The translations under genes and the position numbers were made by a program. From NCBI GenBank assembly GCA_030390025.1, contig CM059432.1, positions 44,828,001 to 44,892,000 of the forward strand: a stretch of DNA of 64,000 bases, written 5' to 3'. Position 1 is the first letter of the stretch, and each line of letters opens with the position of its first letter. The notes beneath the pieces were generated by a model, which saw only the letters and a program-made list of their open reading frames with translations, was not told where the DNA came from and made no database searches. This DNA is from Squalus acanthias (lineage: Eukaryota). Shown here piece after piece: positions 1 through 13,069 of the stretch.

Positions 1-830
1 ATAGTCTGGTTCAGCCTGAGACAGGGCCAGGGAGGAGGATGGGGTCGGTAGCTAGGGAATGGAGTTTGTGCTGTGGGCCGAAGACTATGGCTTCGGATTT
101 CCCAATGTTGAATTGGAGGAGATTTCTGCTCATTCAGAACTGGATGTCGGAAAAACAGCCTGACAACACAGAGGTAGTGGAGAGGCCGAGAGAGATGGTA
201 GTGAGGTAGAGCTGGGTGTCATCAGAATACCTGTGGAATCTAATGTGCTTTCAGATAATATCACTGAGAGACAGCATGTAGATGAGAAATAGGAGTGGCT
301 AAGGAGAGAACCTTGGGGAACTCCAGAGGTAACGATGCAGGAGCAGGAAGAGAAGCTATTGCAGGAGATTCTCTGGGTATGACTGGATTGATAAGAATGG
401 AACCAGGCAAGGGCAGTCCCACTCAGCTGGTTAGGATTAGGGTTGGAGAAGGAGAGTGTGGTCAACCGTGTCAAAGTCTGCACAGGTCGAGAAGGATAAG
501 GAGAGGTAGTGTACCATAGTCACAGTCACATAGGATGTCATTTGTGACTTGATTAGTGCTGTTTCAGTGTTGTGGTAGGGACGGAAACCTGATTGGAGAG
601 GGTCAGACATGGAGTGGGAAATATGGGCATGGATTTTGGAGGTGACACCACATTCAAGGTCTTTGGAGAGAAAAGGGAGGTGGGAGATGGGGTCAAGGGT
701 AGGTTTTTTGAGGAGGGTGATGATGACAGCAAATTTGAAAGGCAGCAGGACAGTTAACAATCTTAGCTAGCATGGGGGCCAGTAAGGGAAGTTTGGTGGT
801 GAACAGTTTAATGGGAATGGTGTTGAGAGA
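1..830 (-). mobile_element. L2-clade LINE remnant (RT fragment, frameshifted)
   Basis: Minus-strand ORFs contain LQSGFRPYHNTETAL, FDTVDH and SGVPQGS motifs typical of L2 RT. Confidence 0.8.
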
Positions 831-879
831 ACAGGAGATATATATTCAAATATAATGTAGTAAGCTATTATATTCGAAA

Positions 880-1512
880 TAACAACAGAAAACGCTGGAA
901 AAACTCAGCAGGTCAGGCAGCATCCGTGGAGAGAGAAACAGAGTTAACGTTTCAGGTCGAAGACCCTTCGTCAGAACTGGAAAAAAGCAGGAAATGAAAT
1001 AGATTTAAAGCAAGTATAATGCTGGGAAAAGGGGGAGGGGAATGAAAGAACAAAAGGGAAGGTCAGTGATAGGATAGAAGGCAGGAGAGATTAAGAGACA
1101 TTGAGAGACATTAAGAGATATTCAAGGCGAGAGGAGGTGTTGATGTGACAGGTTGAGGCTATATGAAGTGTGAAATGCGCTGGCGGAATGAAGGACAGCT
1201 GCCAGCTTCAGGGAGGAAAGAAAAAAAGGGGCCAAACAAAAGGGTGGATGAAAAAATAAAATATATATGTATATGTGATAGGGGCCGTGGTTATGATCTG
1301 AAATTGTTGAACTCTATGTTGAGTCCAGAGGGCTGTAGTGTGCCTAAACGAAAGATGAGGTGCTGTTCCTCGAGCTTACGCTGAGCTTCCGTGGAACAAT
1401 GCAAGAGGCCGAGGACGGTGAGGTCAGAGTGGGAGTGGAGCGGAGAATTAAAGTGACAGGCCACCGGGAGCTCGGGGTCCCCCTTACGGACTGAATGGAG
1501 GTGTTCCGCAAA
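880..1512 (-). mobile_element. Penelope-like element 3' fragment (family A): GIY-YIG C-terminus, 3' UTR and hammerhead
   Basis: ORF 1291-1530 reads FAEHLHSV..PVACHFN..RKLEEQHLIFRLGTLQPSGLN, a PLE endonuclease end, followed by a hammerhead motif. Confidence 0.85.
942..978 (-). ncRNA. Minimal type I hammerhead ribozyme (PLE family A)
   Basis: Reverse complement is AGTT-CTGACGA-AGGGTC ttc GACCT-GAAAC-GTT-AACT: intact core, stem I AGTT/AACT, palindromic ACGT stem III. Confidence 0.8.
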
Positions 1513-1659
1513 TTCCGCTATTATATTCATTAGCTTGTCATTTCACATTCTGTTTGAGTCATGTGTTCATGTGAAATAAGTTTAGTGGTATGAGCCTTTC
1601 TTCATCTGAACTGTGGAAAATAAATAATTATTAGGGCTATGCTAATGAAACAATAGGCT

Positions 1660-1840
1660 ATTTCAACGCTTATTAAATGAGCCAGATTTTTGAACTACAG
1701 GGGAGTCAAGGGTTATGGGGATCAGGCAGATAAGTGAAGTTGAGGCCAAGATCAGATCAGCCATGATCTTATTGAATGGCGGAGCAGGCTCGAGGGGCTG
1801 AATGGTCTACGCCTGCTCCTATTTCTTATGTTCTTATGTT
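1660..1840 (+). mobile_element. CR1 LINE 3' end
   Basis: CR1 3' UTR (GATCAGCCATGATC..GGCGGAGCAGGCTCG) with a TTCTTATG repeat tail. Confidence 0.8.
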
Positions 1841-1938
1841 ATTATGTAGCCCAATGAGTAAGCTGCTCATTACATATGTATGATTATATTCATTACATTG
1901 CAGGACATGTGAGGAGAGGAGAAAGGTTGTGAGGGGTG

Positions 1939-3450
1939 CGGTAGCATTGTGGTTATGTTACTGGACTAATGATCCAGAGACATGAGTTCAAATCCCACCA
2001 TGGCAGCTGAAGAATTTAAATTCAGTTAATTAAATAAATCTGGAATTAAAAACCATCTGGTTCACTAATGTCCTTCAGGGAAGGAAATCTGCCCTCCTTA
2101 CCTGGTCTGGCCTATACATGACTCCAGACCCACAGCAATGTGGCTGACTCTTAACTGCCCTCTGAAATGGCCTAGTAAGCCACTCAGTTGTACCAAACCG
2201 TAACAGAAAACAATAATAAGAATAAAACCGGACGGACACGGCATCAACCTCGGCACCGTCTTCAGACACGACAAAGGCACACCCAGTCCAAACGACCCGG
2301 CAAAGCCCTCCTCACTAACATCTGAGGCCAAAATCGGGAGAGCTGTCCCACACACTAGTCAAGCAACAGCCTGACATAGTCATACTCACAGAATCATACC
2401 TTTCAGCCAATGTCCCAAACTCCTCCATCACCATCCCTGGGTATGTCCTATCCCACTGGCAGGACAGAACCACCAGAGGAGGTGGCACAGTGCTATACAG
2501 TCGGGAGGGAGTGGCCCTTGGAGTTCTTAACATTGACTCCAGACCTCATGAAGTCTCATGGCATCAAGTCAAACATGGGCAAGGAAAGCTCCTGCTGATT
2601 ACAACCAACCGGCACCCTCCCTCAGCTGATGAATCAGTACTCTTCCATGTTGAAGCACTGAGGGTAGCAAGGGCACAGAATGTACACTGGGTGGGGGACT
2701 TCAATGTCCATCACCAAGAGTGGCTCAGTAACACTACTACTGACCGAGCTAGCCGAGTCTTGAAGGACATAGCTGCCAGACTGGGCCTGTGGCAGGTGGT
2801 GAGAGAACCAACATGAGGGAAAAACCTACTTGACCTCGTCCTCACCAATCTTCCTGTCGCAGATGCATCTGTCCATGGGAGCATTGGTAGCAGTACTTGT
2901 GGAGACAAGTTCTGTCATCATACTGAGGACACCCTCCATCATGTCGTGTGGCACTACAACCGTGCTAAATGGGATAGATTCAGAACAGATCTCGCAGCTC
3001 AAAACTGGGCATTCATGAGGCGCTGTGGGTCATCAGCAGCAGCAGAATTGTATACAACCACAATCTTGTAGCCTCATGGCCCAGCATATCTCTCACTCTA
3101 CCATTAGCATCAAGCCAGGGGACCAAGCCTGGTTCACTGAGAGTGTAGAAGAGCATGCCAGGAGCAGCACCAGGCGTACCTAAAAACGAGGTGCCAACCT
3201 GGGGATGCTGCAACACAGGACTACATGCATGCTAAACAGCAGAAGCAGCACGCTATAGACAGAGCAGGTCAGGGGCTGGGTATTCTGCAGCGAGTGTCTC
3301 ACCACCTGACTCCCCAAAGCCTTTCCACATCTACAAGGCACAAGTCTATAACCTGTTGGACGGGGCGAGGGGTAATTCCGCACATCTTACACACCGCCCA
3401 AATCTGCGACCTCTACCACCTAGAAGGACAAGGGCAGAAGGTCCACATCA
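1939..3450 (+). mobile_element. tRNA-headed CR1-group LINE (family B), internally deleted copy
   Basis: A-box TAGCATTGTGG, CTGGA/TCCAG stem-loop and B-box GAGTTCAAATCC are followed by an AP-endonuclease frame (QQPDIVILTESYL, VGDFNVHH). RT is deleted near 3265. Collinear with 42449-45714. Confidence 0.85.
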
Positions 3451-3479
3451 GCTCAGTGGTTACACAAGTACCTCACCTC

Positions 3480-3720
3480 ACCTTCTCAAATATCTCTTTT
3501 CACAGACCTTCCCTTTGTTCTTTCCTCCCCTCCTCCTTTTCACTGCCCTACACTTGCTTAAAAATCTGTTACTTCTCCAACTTTTTCCAGTTCTGACGAA
3601 GGGTCATCAGCCTGAAACGTTAAATCTGTTTCTCTCTCCACGGTGCTGCCTGACACGCTGAGTGTTTCCAGCATTTTCTGTTGTTGTTTCAGATTTCCAG
3701 CATCCGCAGTATTTTGCTAT
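3480..3720 (+). mobile_element. PLE family A 3' UTR fragment with hammerhead (3589-3625)
   Basis: AGTT-CTGACGA-AGGGTCATCAGCCT-GAAACGTT, homologous to the 880-1060 segment. Confidence 0.8.
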
Positions 3721-3871
3721 CGATTTTCGGTTTATGGATTTCTTACAAAATATGACTATTAACAAAAAAACTTGAAGAAATCTTGTATTATCACTGGTCA
3801 TTTCAAATGCAAAGTTCTTATTCCCTTGAAATACAGCTATGTTTCACTTAACAGTTTTTATTTTTTCCCTA

Positions 3872-5820
3872 GAGGTCCAGGATGTTGATCCAGCGACGAT
3901 GCAGGAACGGTGATAGATTTTCAAGTCAGGATGGTATGTGACTTGGAGGGGAACTTGGAGGTGATGGTGTTCCCAGGTGCCTGCTGTCCTTGTCCTTCTA
4001 GGTGGTAGAGGTCACGGGTTTGGGAGGTGCTGCCGAAGACGCCTTGGTGAGTTGCTGCAGTGCATCTTGTAGATGGTACACACTGCAGCCACGGTACGCC
4101 AGTGGTGGAGGGAGTGAAAGTTTAAGGTGGTGGATGGGGTGCCAATAAAGCCGACTGCTTTGTCTTGGATGCTGTCGAGCTTCTTGAGTGTTGTCGGAGC
4201 TGCACTCATTCAGGCAAGTGGAGAGTATTCCATCACACTCCTGACTTGTGCCTTGTAGATGGTGGAAAGGCTTTGGGGAGTCAGGAGGTGAGACACTCAC
4301 TGCAGAATACCTAGCCTCTGACCTGCTCTTGTTGCCACAGTATTTATGTGGCTGGTCCAGTCAAGTTTCTGTCAATGGCGACCCCCCAGGATGTTGATGA
4401 TGGGGAATTTGGCGATGGTAATACCATTAAATGTCAAGGGGCGGTTGTTAGGTTCTCTTTTTTTGGAGATGTTCATTGCCTGGCACTTGTGTGGCGCAAA
4501 TGTTACTTGCCACTTATCAGCCCAAGCCAGAATGTTGTCCAGGTCTTGCTGCATCCGGGCACGGACTGTTTCATTATCTGAAGAGTTGCGAATGCAACTG
4601 AACACTGCAATTATCAGTGAACATCCCCACTTCTGACCTTATGATGGAGGGAAGGCCATTGATGAAGCAGCTGAAGATGGTTGGGCCGAGGACACTGCCC
4701 TGATGAACTCCTGCAGCGATGTCCTGGGACTCCAACAACCATAATCTTGTTCCTTTGTGGTAGGTATCACTCCAGCCAGTGGAGGGTTTTCCCCCTGATT
4801 CCCATTGACTTCAATTTTACTAGGGCTCCTTTATGCCATACTCAGTCAAATGCTGCTTTGATGTCAAGAGCAGTCACTCTCACCTCACCTCTGGAATTCA
4901 GCTCTTTTGTCCATGTTTGGACCAAGGCTTTAGTGAGGTCTGGAGCTAAGTAGTCCTGGCGGAACCCAAACTAAGCATTGGTGAGCAGGTTATTGGTGAG
5001 TAAGTGCCACTTGATAGCACTGCTGATGACACCTTCCATCACTTTGCTGATGATTGAGTGTAGACTGATGGGGCGGTAATTGGCCGGGTTGGATTTGTCC
5101 TGCTTTTTGTGGACAGGACATACCTGGGCAGTTTTCCACATTGTCGGGTAGATGCCAGTGTTGTAGCTGTACTGGAACAGCTTGGGTAGAGGCGCGGCTA
5201 GTTCTGGAGCACAAATCTTCAGCACTACAGCTGGAATGTTGTAGAGGCCCATAATCTTTGCTGTATCCAGTGCGCTCAGCCGTTTCTTGATATCACATGG
5301 AGTGAATCGAATTTGCTTCTGTGGTGGTGGGGACCTCAGAAGGAGGCCGGTATTGATCATCCACTCGACACTTCTGGCTGAAGATGATTGCAAACGCTTC
5401 AGCCTTGTCTTTTGCACTCACGTGCTGGGCTCTGCCATCATTGAGGATGGGGATGTTCATGGAGCCTCCTCCTCCTGTTAGTTGTTTAATTGTCCACCAC
5501 CATTCACGACTGGATGTGGCAGGACTGCAGAGCTTTGATCTGATCCAGTGGTTGTGGGATTGCTTAGCTTTGTCTATAGCATGCTGCTTCTGCTGTTTAG
5601 CATGTATGTTGTCCTGTGCTGTAGCTTCACCAGGTTGGCACCTCATTTTTAGGTATGCCTAGTGCTGCTCCTGGCATGCTCTTCTACACTCCTCATTGAA
5701 CCAGGGTTGATACCCTGGCTTGATGGTAATGGTAAAGTGAGGGATATGTTGAGCAATGAGGTTACAGATTGTGGTGGATTGCAATTCTGTTGCTGCTGAT
5801 GGCCCACAGCGCCTCATGGT
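3872..5820 (-). mobile_element. CR1-group LINE family B, RT-region fragment
   Basis: NYRPISL, ALDIKAAFD and WQVTFAPHKC motifs; near-identical to 42600-44570. Confidence 0.9.
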
Positions 5821-6601
5821 GGATGGTGGAAAGGCTTTCAGGAGCTCAGGGTAGGTTATCAGAAAAATGGTTTAATTTCAAAATGCAAAATAACCCACAG
5901 GACTAAAACAAATTGTTTTTCTTAATTATTGTAAGGCCATATGCTATTCAGGGCTGCTATCTATGCTCCAACTCCATATAGGGTTATGCTCAGCGATTCC
6001 CTTTCAGCCCAGTTACGATAATAGGCCAGAACTTTATAACTGTTGAATAAATGTAGCAACTGCTGTGTATCATTATTCCTCAAGCATGATACAAAATGTG
6101 AATACAAGACTGATGACCAGATCTACAGGTTTGCAGTGACTGAATAGGGCAGACTTGCCTCTTGTAGCATTTGGGCATGAAGGAATCCCTTGGGCGGAAC
6201 GCATGAAGGGAAATCGGACATGGAGACTCGCATGCATGCAATGGATTCTGCCTGATTTTCCATTCATTAATTAAAATGGATATGGGCATGTGAATCTCCC
6301 TGCTTCATTTTACTCTCAGCGCTGCAGCCAATCTTGTTTTTATGATTGCGCACAATTAGATTAATATCTGCCCTGATAAATCAAATTCTATTTTTACTCC
6401 ATGGATTTTTCGTGATATTTTGGTGATTGCATTCCAATTTATTCCAATGTTTTTTGTGAAAACCAAAACCAGTGACCCTATTGATGATCATTTTACCAGG
6501 GCTGGAACCTTTGAGTGGCTTTTCCCAGCTGAGACCATACACTGTTGTTTTAAAACAAAATCTTTGGCCTCGATATTAACTCTCCCATGCCTTGTGGGAA
6601 A

Positions 6602-8650
6602 CCCAATGAGACAATCAATGATCCGGAACAGCAGACAGAGGGAACCGCAGTGCAGCAACCGAAGAAGAAAGAGTCAAATTGGACCCCTCCGGAGGGTCGC
6701 TGCCCTAAGCTTGACATGTATGCTCAAGCTGTCAGGAAATGCATCAACGCCAGAATCATCAGCCGCACTCACAAGACAGTCCAGAATGTCACCCGAGCAC
6801 AACGCAATGCCATCCACGCTCTCAAGACCAACCGCAACATCGTCATCAAACCAGCGGACAAAGGAGGAGCCATCGTCATACAGAACAGAATGGACTATTG
6901 CAAAGAAGCATACCGACAACTGGACAACCAGGAACACTACAGACAGTTACCCGCAGATCCGACCAAAGAACACACCCGCCAACTCAATAGACTGATCAAG
7001 ACCTTCGATCCAGACCTTCAAAGCATCCTACGCGCTCTCATCCCACATATTCCCCGTGTGGGAGACTTCTACTGCCTCCCAAAGATACACAAAGCCAACA
7101 CACCCGGACGTCCTATCGTATCAGGCAACGGAACCCTGTGTGAGAACCTCTCTGGGTACGTCGAGGGCATCCTGAAACCCATCGTACAGGGAACCCCCAG
7201 CTTCTGTCGCAACACTACAGACTTCTTACAGAAACTCAGCACCCATGGACCAGTTGAACCAAGAACACTCCTCGCCACGATGGACGTATCGGCACTCTAC
7301 ACCAGTATCCCCCACGATGACGGCATCGCTGCAACAGCCTCAGTACTCAACACCAACAACAGCCAATCTCCAGACACCATCCTACAACTCATCCGCCTCA
7401 TCCTTGACCACAATGTCTTCACCTTCGACAACCAGTTTTTTACCCAAACACACGTAACAGCCATGGGGACCAAATTCGCACCCCAATACGCCAACATCTT
7501 CATGCACAAGTTCGAGCAAGACTTCTTCGCTGCACAGGACCTCCAACCAACGCTGTACACCAGATACATCGACGACATCTTCTTCCTTTGGACCCACGGC
7601 GAAGGATCACTGAAAGGACTACACGATAACATCAACAGGTTCCATCCCACTATCAAACTCACCATGGACTACTCCTCAGAATCGGTTTCATTCTTGGACA
7701 CACAAATCTCCATCAAAGACGGACACCTCAGCACTTCACTCTACCGCAAGCCCACGGACAACCTCACGATGCTCCACTTCTCCAGCTTCCGCCCTAACCA
7801 CGTTAAAGAAGCCATCCCCTATGGACAAGCCCTGCGAATACACAGGATCTGCTCAGACGAGGAGGAACGCGATGGACACCTACGGACGCTGAAAGACGCC
7901 CTCGTAAGAACGGGATATGACGCTCGACTCGTCGATCGACAGTTCTGACGGGCCACAGCGAAAAATCGCATAGACCTCCTCAGAAGGCGAACACGGGACA
8001 CAACCAACAGAGTACCCTACATCGTCCAGTACTTCCCTGGAGCGGAGAAACTACGCCATGTTCTTCGCAGCCTTCAACATGTCATCGATGATGACGAACA
8101 CCTTGCTAAGGCCATCCCCATGCCTCCACTACTCGCCTTCAAGCAGCCGCCTAACCTCAAAAGTGCCATCGTTCGCAGCAAATTACCCAGCTGTCAGGAG
8201 AACAGCGACCACGACACCACACAACCCTACCACGGCAACCTCTGCAAGACATGCCAGATCATCAACACAGATACCATCATCACACGTGAGGACACTACCC
8301 ACCAGGTACATGGTACACACTCATGTGACTTGGCCAACGTTGTCTACTTCATACGTTGCAGGAAAGAATGCACCGCGGCATGGTACATCGGCGAGACCAT
8401 GCAGACACTGAGACAACGTATGAACGGACACCACGCAACAATCGCCAGGCAGGATTGTTACCTCCCAGCCGGGGAACACTTCAGCAGTCAAGGACATTCA
8501 GCCTCGGATCTGCGGGTTAGCGTTCTCCAAGGCGGCCTTCGAGACACACGACAACGCAAAATCATCGAGCAGAAACTGATAGCCAAGTTCCGCACCCATG
8601 AGGATGGCCTCAACCAGGATCTCCGTTTCATGTCACACTACAGAATGTGA
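6602..8650 (+). pseudogene. PLE reverse transcriptase + GIY-YIG endonuclease ORF with one in-frame stop (7946-7948)
   Basis: Motifs IKPADKGG, LPKIHK..PGRPIVS, MDVSALYTSIP, AMGT, RYIDD, NVVYFIRC..WYIGET. ORFs 6587-7948 and 8120-8650 share a frame with no other stop between them. Confidence 0.93.
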
Positions 8651-8884
8651 CTCGACATCGTTGTCTGGTTCACAGGTGTGATTTCCAGTTTTTTTTAAAA
8701 AAAAGTAAAAAGCTTAACTGCAGACTGCAGCATTTGACGCGTTGGACCCCCTGTGACCCACCTCATTGTCTTAGTTGTACTCTGCTGTGTCTTTGATGTA
8801 ATGCCTCCCTGACGGATTGTATCTCTGCAGACACATTGTTCTCTGTCTATATATACTTTGTAATCGACTTGTATTCCCTCACTG

Positions 8885-8919
8885 TACCTGACGAAGGAGC
8901 AGAGCTCCGAAAGCTCGTA
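8885..8919 (+). ncRNA. Minimal hammerhead ribozyme (PLE family B)
   Basis: TAC-CTGACGA-AGGAGC aga GCTCC-GAAA-GCTC-GTA: stem I TAC/GTA, palindromic AGCT stem III, predicted cleavage after CUC. Confidence 0.85.
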
Positions 8920-11900
8920 ATTTCAAATAAAACTGTTGGACTATAACCTGGTGTTGTGCGACTTCTCATTTTTGTGGGAAAGGGTTGGTGGGAAGCGGCG
9001 GTTAAAAATTTTAAAACGGTGAAGGGGTCCCCAACCCGTTGCGTACGTTCCTGACGCCACTTTTCACGGGTTTCGTGGCGTACGCGTGTCCCGCCGTGGA
9101 GAGGCGGGACAGTTTATTAACATATTAAATCAGGCTCCCACAGTGCAATTTGAATTTAATAGTTGCTGCGTTGGTTTCTCAGGGCTCAGGAAACCTGACG
9201 GTAAAAGGAAAGCGGGAGCTGCCAGCTAAAGAAAATAAGTGCCTTTTACAGCACTCTTTGTGAGGCAGGAGGAGCAGGAGTGCTTCCCCTGGCCCCTCAA
9301 GTAAGCCTTCGGCCTCCCTTCTGCCAATCGTGGCCTCTCTCTCCTGCTTGCCGCGATTGCAGATCTCACCCACCAAGCACCGTGGCCCGCTCCATGCTGT
9401 GATTGCGGACGACCTCCCCAGCCTCCCCACCAGGCCCCAATCTCTGGCCTACCCCATTCCCGATTGTCAGGGACTGTCGCCAAGGGTCTCTGGCTGCGGC
9501 CTCCTGGCGATGGTTTTCAAATAGCCAGCTGCTGGGCGGGAATTGGAAGAAAAAATTTATAATGAGATCCTACCGTTTAATTTGGCAGGACCTCCACGTC
9601 CCTGGTCTCAAAGCGTTCCCCGGCCGTTTTCACTTTCCCCCGCATTCCTGCCTGCCTCCCTGTAAATATCCGAACCTTTGTTTCTTTACTGTTAAATCTA
9701 TGTGCACTGTCCTGGATAAGGATGAGTGGCAAACTATTCTAGATGCTTTCAATGCTAGATGAATTATTAGATAATTAATGCTGCCTGTGACATCTTAGAA
9801 CAATATTTTACTGTATTAAATGAGGTATGGCCAGATAGTGTAATATTTTATTGAAATTACAGTCAATGTAAATGTGCAAACCTAAAAAATTTATAATCAT
9901 GACAAGTCCCCATTAATCAGAATCTGATAGTGTTCATGTATTTTGTCCATGTACTTTGGCCAAAGCATAGCATCAACCTGAAAAATGAGCCTTGGCTATG
10001 TCATTGTTTTAAATGCTGAAGAAAATGTGGAAAATTAGTTCAGTTTAATCTGAATTACAAATGAATTGTTTTGAAATTGTGTGTGTCAATATTGAATTTT
10101 TAATGGCATTCAGAACTGATTCCTGACTGGCACTACAACCATGCCAGTAATGAGCAAACCGACAGACAGGTAAAGCAATAGCCACTCAATAGCTTAAACA
10201 GTGTCAGCATGGATGGATGGACTGGACAAATACTTTCAAAATCTGAGGATGAGCTGTCAACACTTTCCTCTCTGTCCATGGGAAGACACACAAAGAAATA
10301 TCTAAGATCCACTCTTGAGGATTAATCAGAAAAACAGGCGCTCCCAAAGGAGATCTGGAATTCTATCCAAGACAGGCATACCAGAGGGAAATCATGATTG
10401 CTACCAGGACTGCAGCTGTAGCCATGATGATTAATATTTTTGTAAGATACCAAAGGGAAATCAATCTCCTAAAGGAACAAAAATGAAAGAGAACAAATGG
10501 TGAGAGCTTTTTTAAACAGGAGTCAAGCCAACAATACTAGAATCTATCGTGTATATTTACACTTCCTCTTGACCTCCAAAGCAAAAGTACATCCAATTTA
10601 TCAATTCCTTGTACTTGCAGATCTTTTTCAGACTAAAATCATGACTTGCCTTCAGACAAAAGGCATGATGAAAAATTAACCTGCCTTATGAATTTCCAGT
10701 ATTTTCTGTTTTTATTTCAGATTTGCAGCTTTGAATGATTTTTTCTGGCCTGTAGTTTCCAGCGACTACTGCCTGATTTTTGGATGGTTGTCAGGTGGGC
10801 AGAAATCTGAAGTGTCACCTCCCAACCACTTTTGTTCCCTATCAATTTTTGCACCCTCATTTCTGGTTGATGCCAGAAATGCCCATCTTTTTTGGGGCAT
10901 TTAAGTGAGGTGGCAATGACGGAGTTACCAGCTTCTGTCATTTTACCTTAGGAGCAGTTTTCAACTGCCAGGTGCCCATTTCTACCTTTAAAAATGGGCA
11001 GCTAGCAGCTGAAAGTGCAGGGTGGGGTGTCGGGGGGGGGGGGGAGTTGGGGGGTGCTATACCAGGGTCCACCCACCTGTGATCTCTAGTCCTATCCTGC
11101 TGAAGATGGTGGGGTCAGGTGAATCACTTCATTTACATAATGGCGACAGACACTCATGCCATTGGGTGCATCTCGGGCACTTGCCTGCCCCAGGAGGCTG
11201 GGTATGCCGTCAGATGGTGCCAGGTCGGGTACTGATCTTGGATAAATAAAAAGAAAAAAACTTTAAATGCTGGAAATCTGACATGAAGACAAAAATCCCC
11301 TCCCAGAATCATATCAATACTTTGCCCAATGGACCCATGATAAAAGGGCAGAGAAAAAGTCTAAAAATGCCAAATCTACAGTGTTTCAGGCTACATCTCA
11401 GATCTGGGCCCCTAAGGTGATCCCTACATCCGCCATTGGTGGGGCTGGTTCGGCCAGTTTCACTAGGCGTTACTGGTCTGTCAATCTTCTGCCAAGCCAA
11501 GCACATGGGAACTCCCAGCCTCGGAGTCCCCGTCCCCAGTCACACCCCTCCTGTGCTGTAGGACTTGCTTGGGGTGGGTAAAAGCTTTGTCCTACATAAG
11601 GCCCCACAGAAACACCCGGGGAATGTGGGAACCCAGCGTACCTGGGCCCTGGCATTTTTCACAAACTTTTCACTGCACTCCCAAAAAAAACCACTTTCAG
11701 AATATCTGCTGCCCTTTAGAAGTAAGGTGACTCCTTTGTTTGAAAGTCAAGCTAGTTGCAAATTCCATTTTTGTTTTAATATCTTTTGATTGCCTCACTG
11801 ATGATGTTTTATATCATCTAACAGTTTCCTGTTTTTCCATTAAGCAGTTGGAGGTTGTTCAACACATTATCTCCCTCGCTGTGATTAGAGTATCTGATGT

Positions 11901-12489
11901 TTCTTATCCTTTATTCCCAACCCTACTAAGGAGCTGGCTTATTTTCTGGATTTTAGTTCCAGTGAAGGTTATACCTGAAACATTAATCTGTCTTTTCTCT
12001 TTATAGCTGCTGATGGACTTGCATTTTTTGGAGGGATTTCCAGCATTTACAGGTTTTTTTTTTTCTTTTTATTTATCCAAAATCAGCACACTTTTATGGA
12101 AGCAAAATGTTATAAATAATAGAAATCAGAAGACTGGCACAGAAAATGAGTACCTACATATCAATATGTACAGGATTTGTAGCAGCAAATAACTGTTAAA
12201 CCATGTGCATCCAAAATGCTCCATTACATTATCCAGGTCTGAGCTACATTCATGCGTGGTCTATTGACTGTGCACTAATGGAAATCATACTAAAGCATTG
12301 AGGGCCATTAAGAATTTACTTTTCTTTGCAAATATCTGGACCAGGGACTTGTAAATTATAGAGAGCTAACTTCAATAATAATCATTCAGATAAAAGTACA
12401 AAAGAATGTCCAATGAAATGATCAACAACAAAGCATCAAGATGATTTCCAACTCAAATCCATCATCTGTACCATAACAACAGGAATCGA

Positions 12490-12648
12490 TTTACTTATAA
12501 ATCCTATTTCTTGTCAGTAACTTATTTGTTACTGTTCAAAATTGATATGATACTTCACACGACAATTTTTACTTATAAATCCTATTTCTTATCAGTGACT
12601 TATTTGTTACTGTTCAAAATTGATATGATATTTCACACGACAATTTTT
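12490..12648. repeat. Tandem duplication, 78-bp unit x2
   Basis: TTTACTTATAAATCCTATTTC...CACACGACAATTTTT occurs twice with about 3 mismatches. Confidence 0.9.
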
Positions 12649-13069
12649 CGAATTTCATTCAGGATATTGTGTAAACTGCTCTAGTGGATGGCTGCTGCAC
12701 ACTTGACACTCCGTGTTGCCAGGAAAATTTGTGGTAAAGGTAAACTATTGGGGTTAAAAATTCATTTGCCCCGAAAACGGGCGTGGGGATCACGATACCC
12801 GATCAACCCGCACCCGTTCAAAGTAATGCAGGCAGCACGCTAACTTTCTGTTGCCTGCTGATTAACAGAAATATGGCGATCAGCCCAGCACTGAACGCAC
12901 TGCTGAGCGGCTGAACGCTCAGCAGGGGTCCAAGTTCGTGAGAGGCTAGCACCAATTAAAGCTAGCATGCACTTCTTAAAGTCAGTCTGCACCTCTTAAA
13001 GGGGATGTGCATTATGCCTGCAGCATCTCATTCAACTGCCTGGCGAAGAGAGTGAGAAAAGGAAAAAAA

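Larger units (their letters stand above)
6602..8971 (+). mobile_element. Penelope-like retroelement (family B), 5'-truncated, 10-bp TSD
   Basis: TSD TTGTGGGAAA at 6592-6601 and 8972-8981 encloses an RT + GIY-YIG ORF and a 3' hammerhead. Confidence 0.95.
6566..9676. mobile_element. Non-autonomous Harbinger-type element (MITE) interrupted by a PLE
   Basis: Imperfect TIR (GGCCTCGATATTAAC vs reverse complement GGTTCGGATATTTAC) with TTT on both flanks. Confidence 0.55.

Noticed and set aside
1939..2000. Functional tRNA gene
   Set aside because: There is no complete acceptor stem, and it is the head of a repeat; the same applies to the SINE heads.
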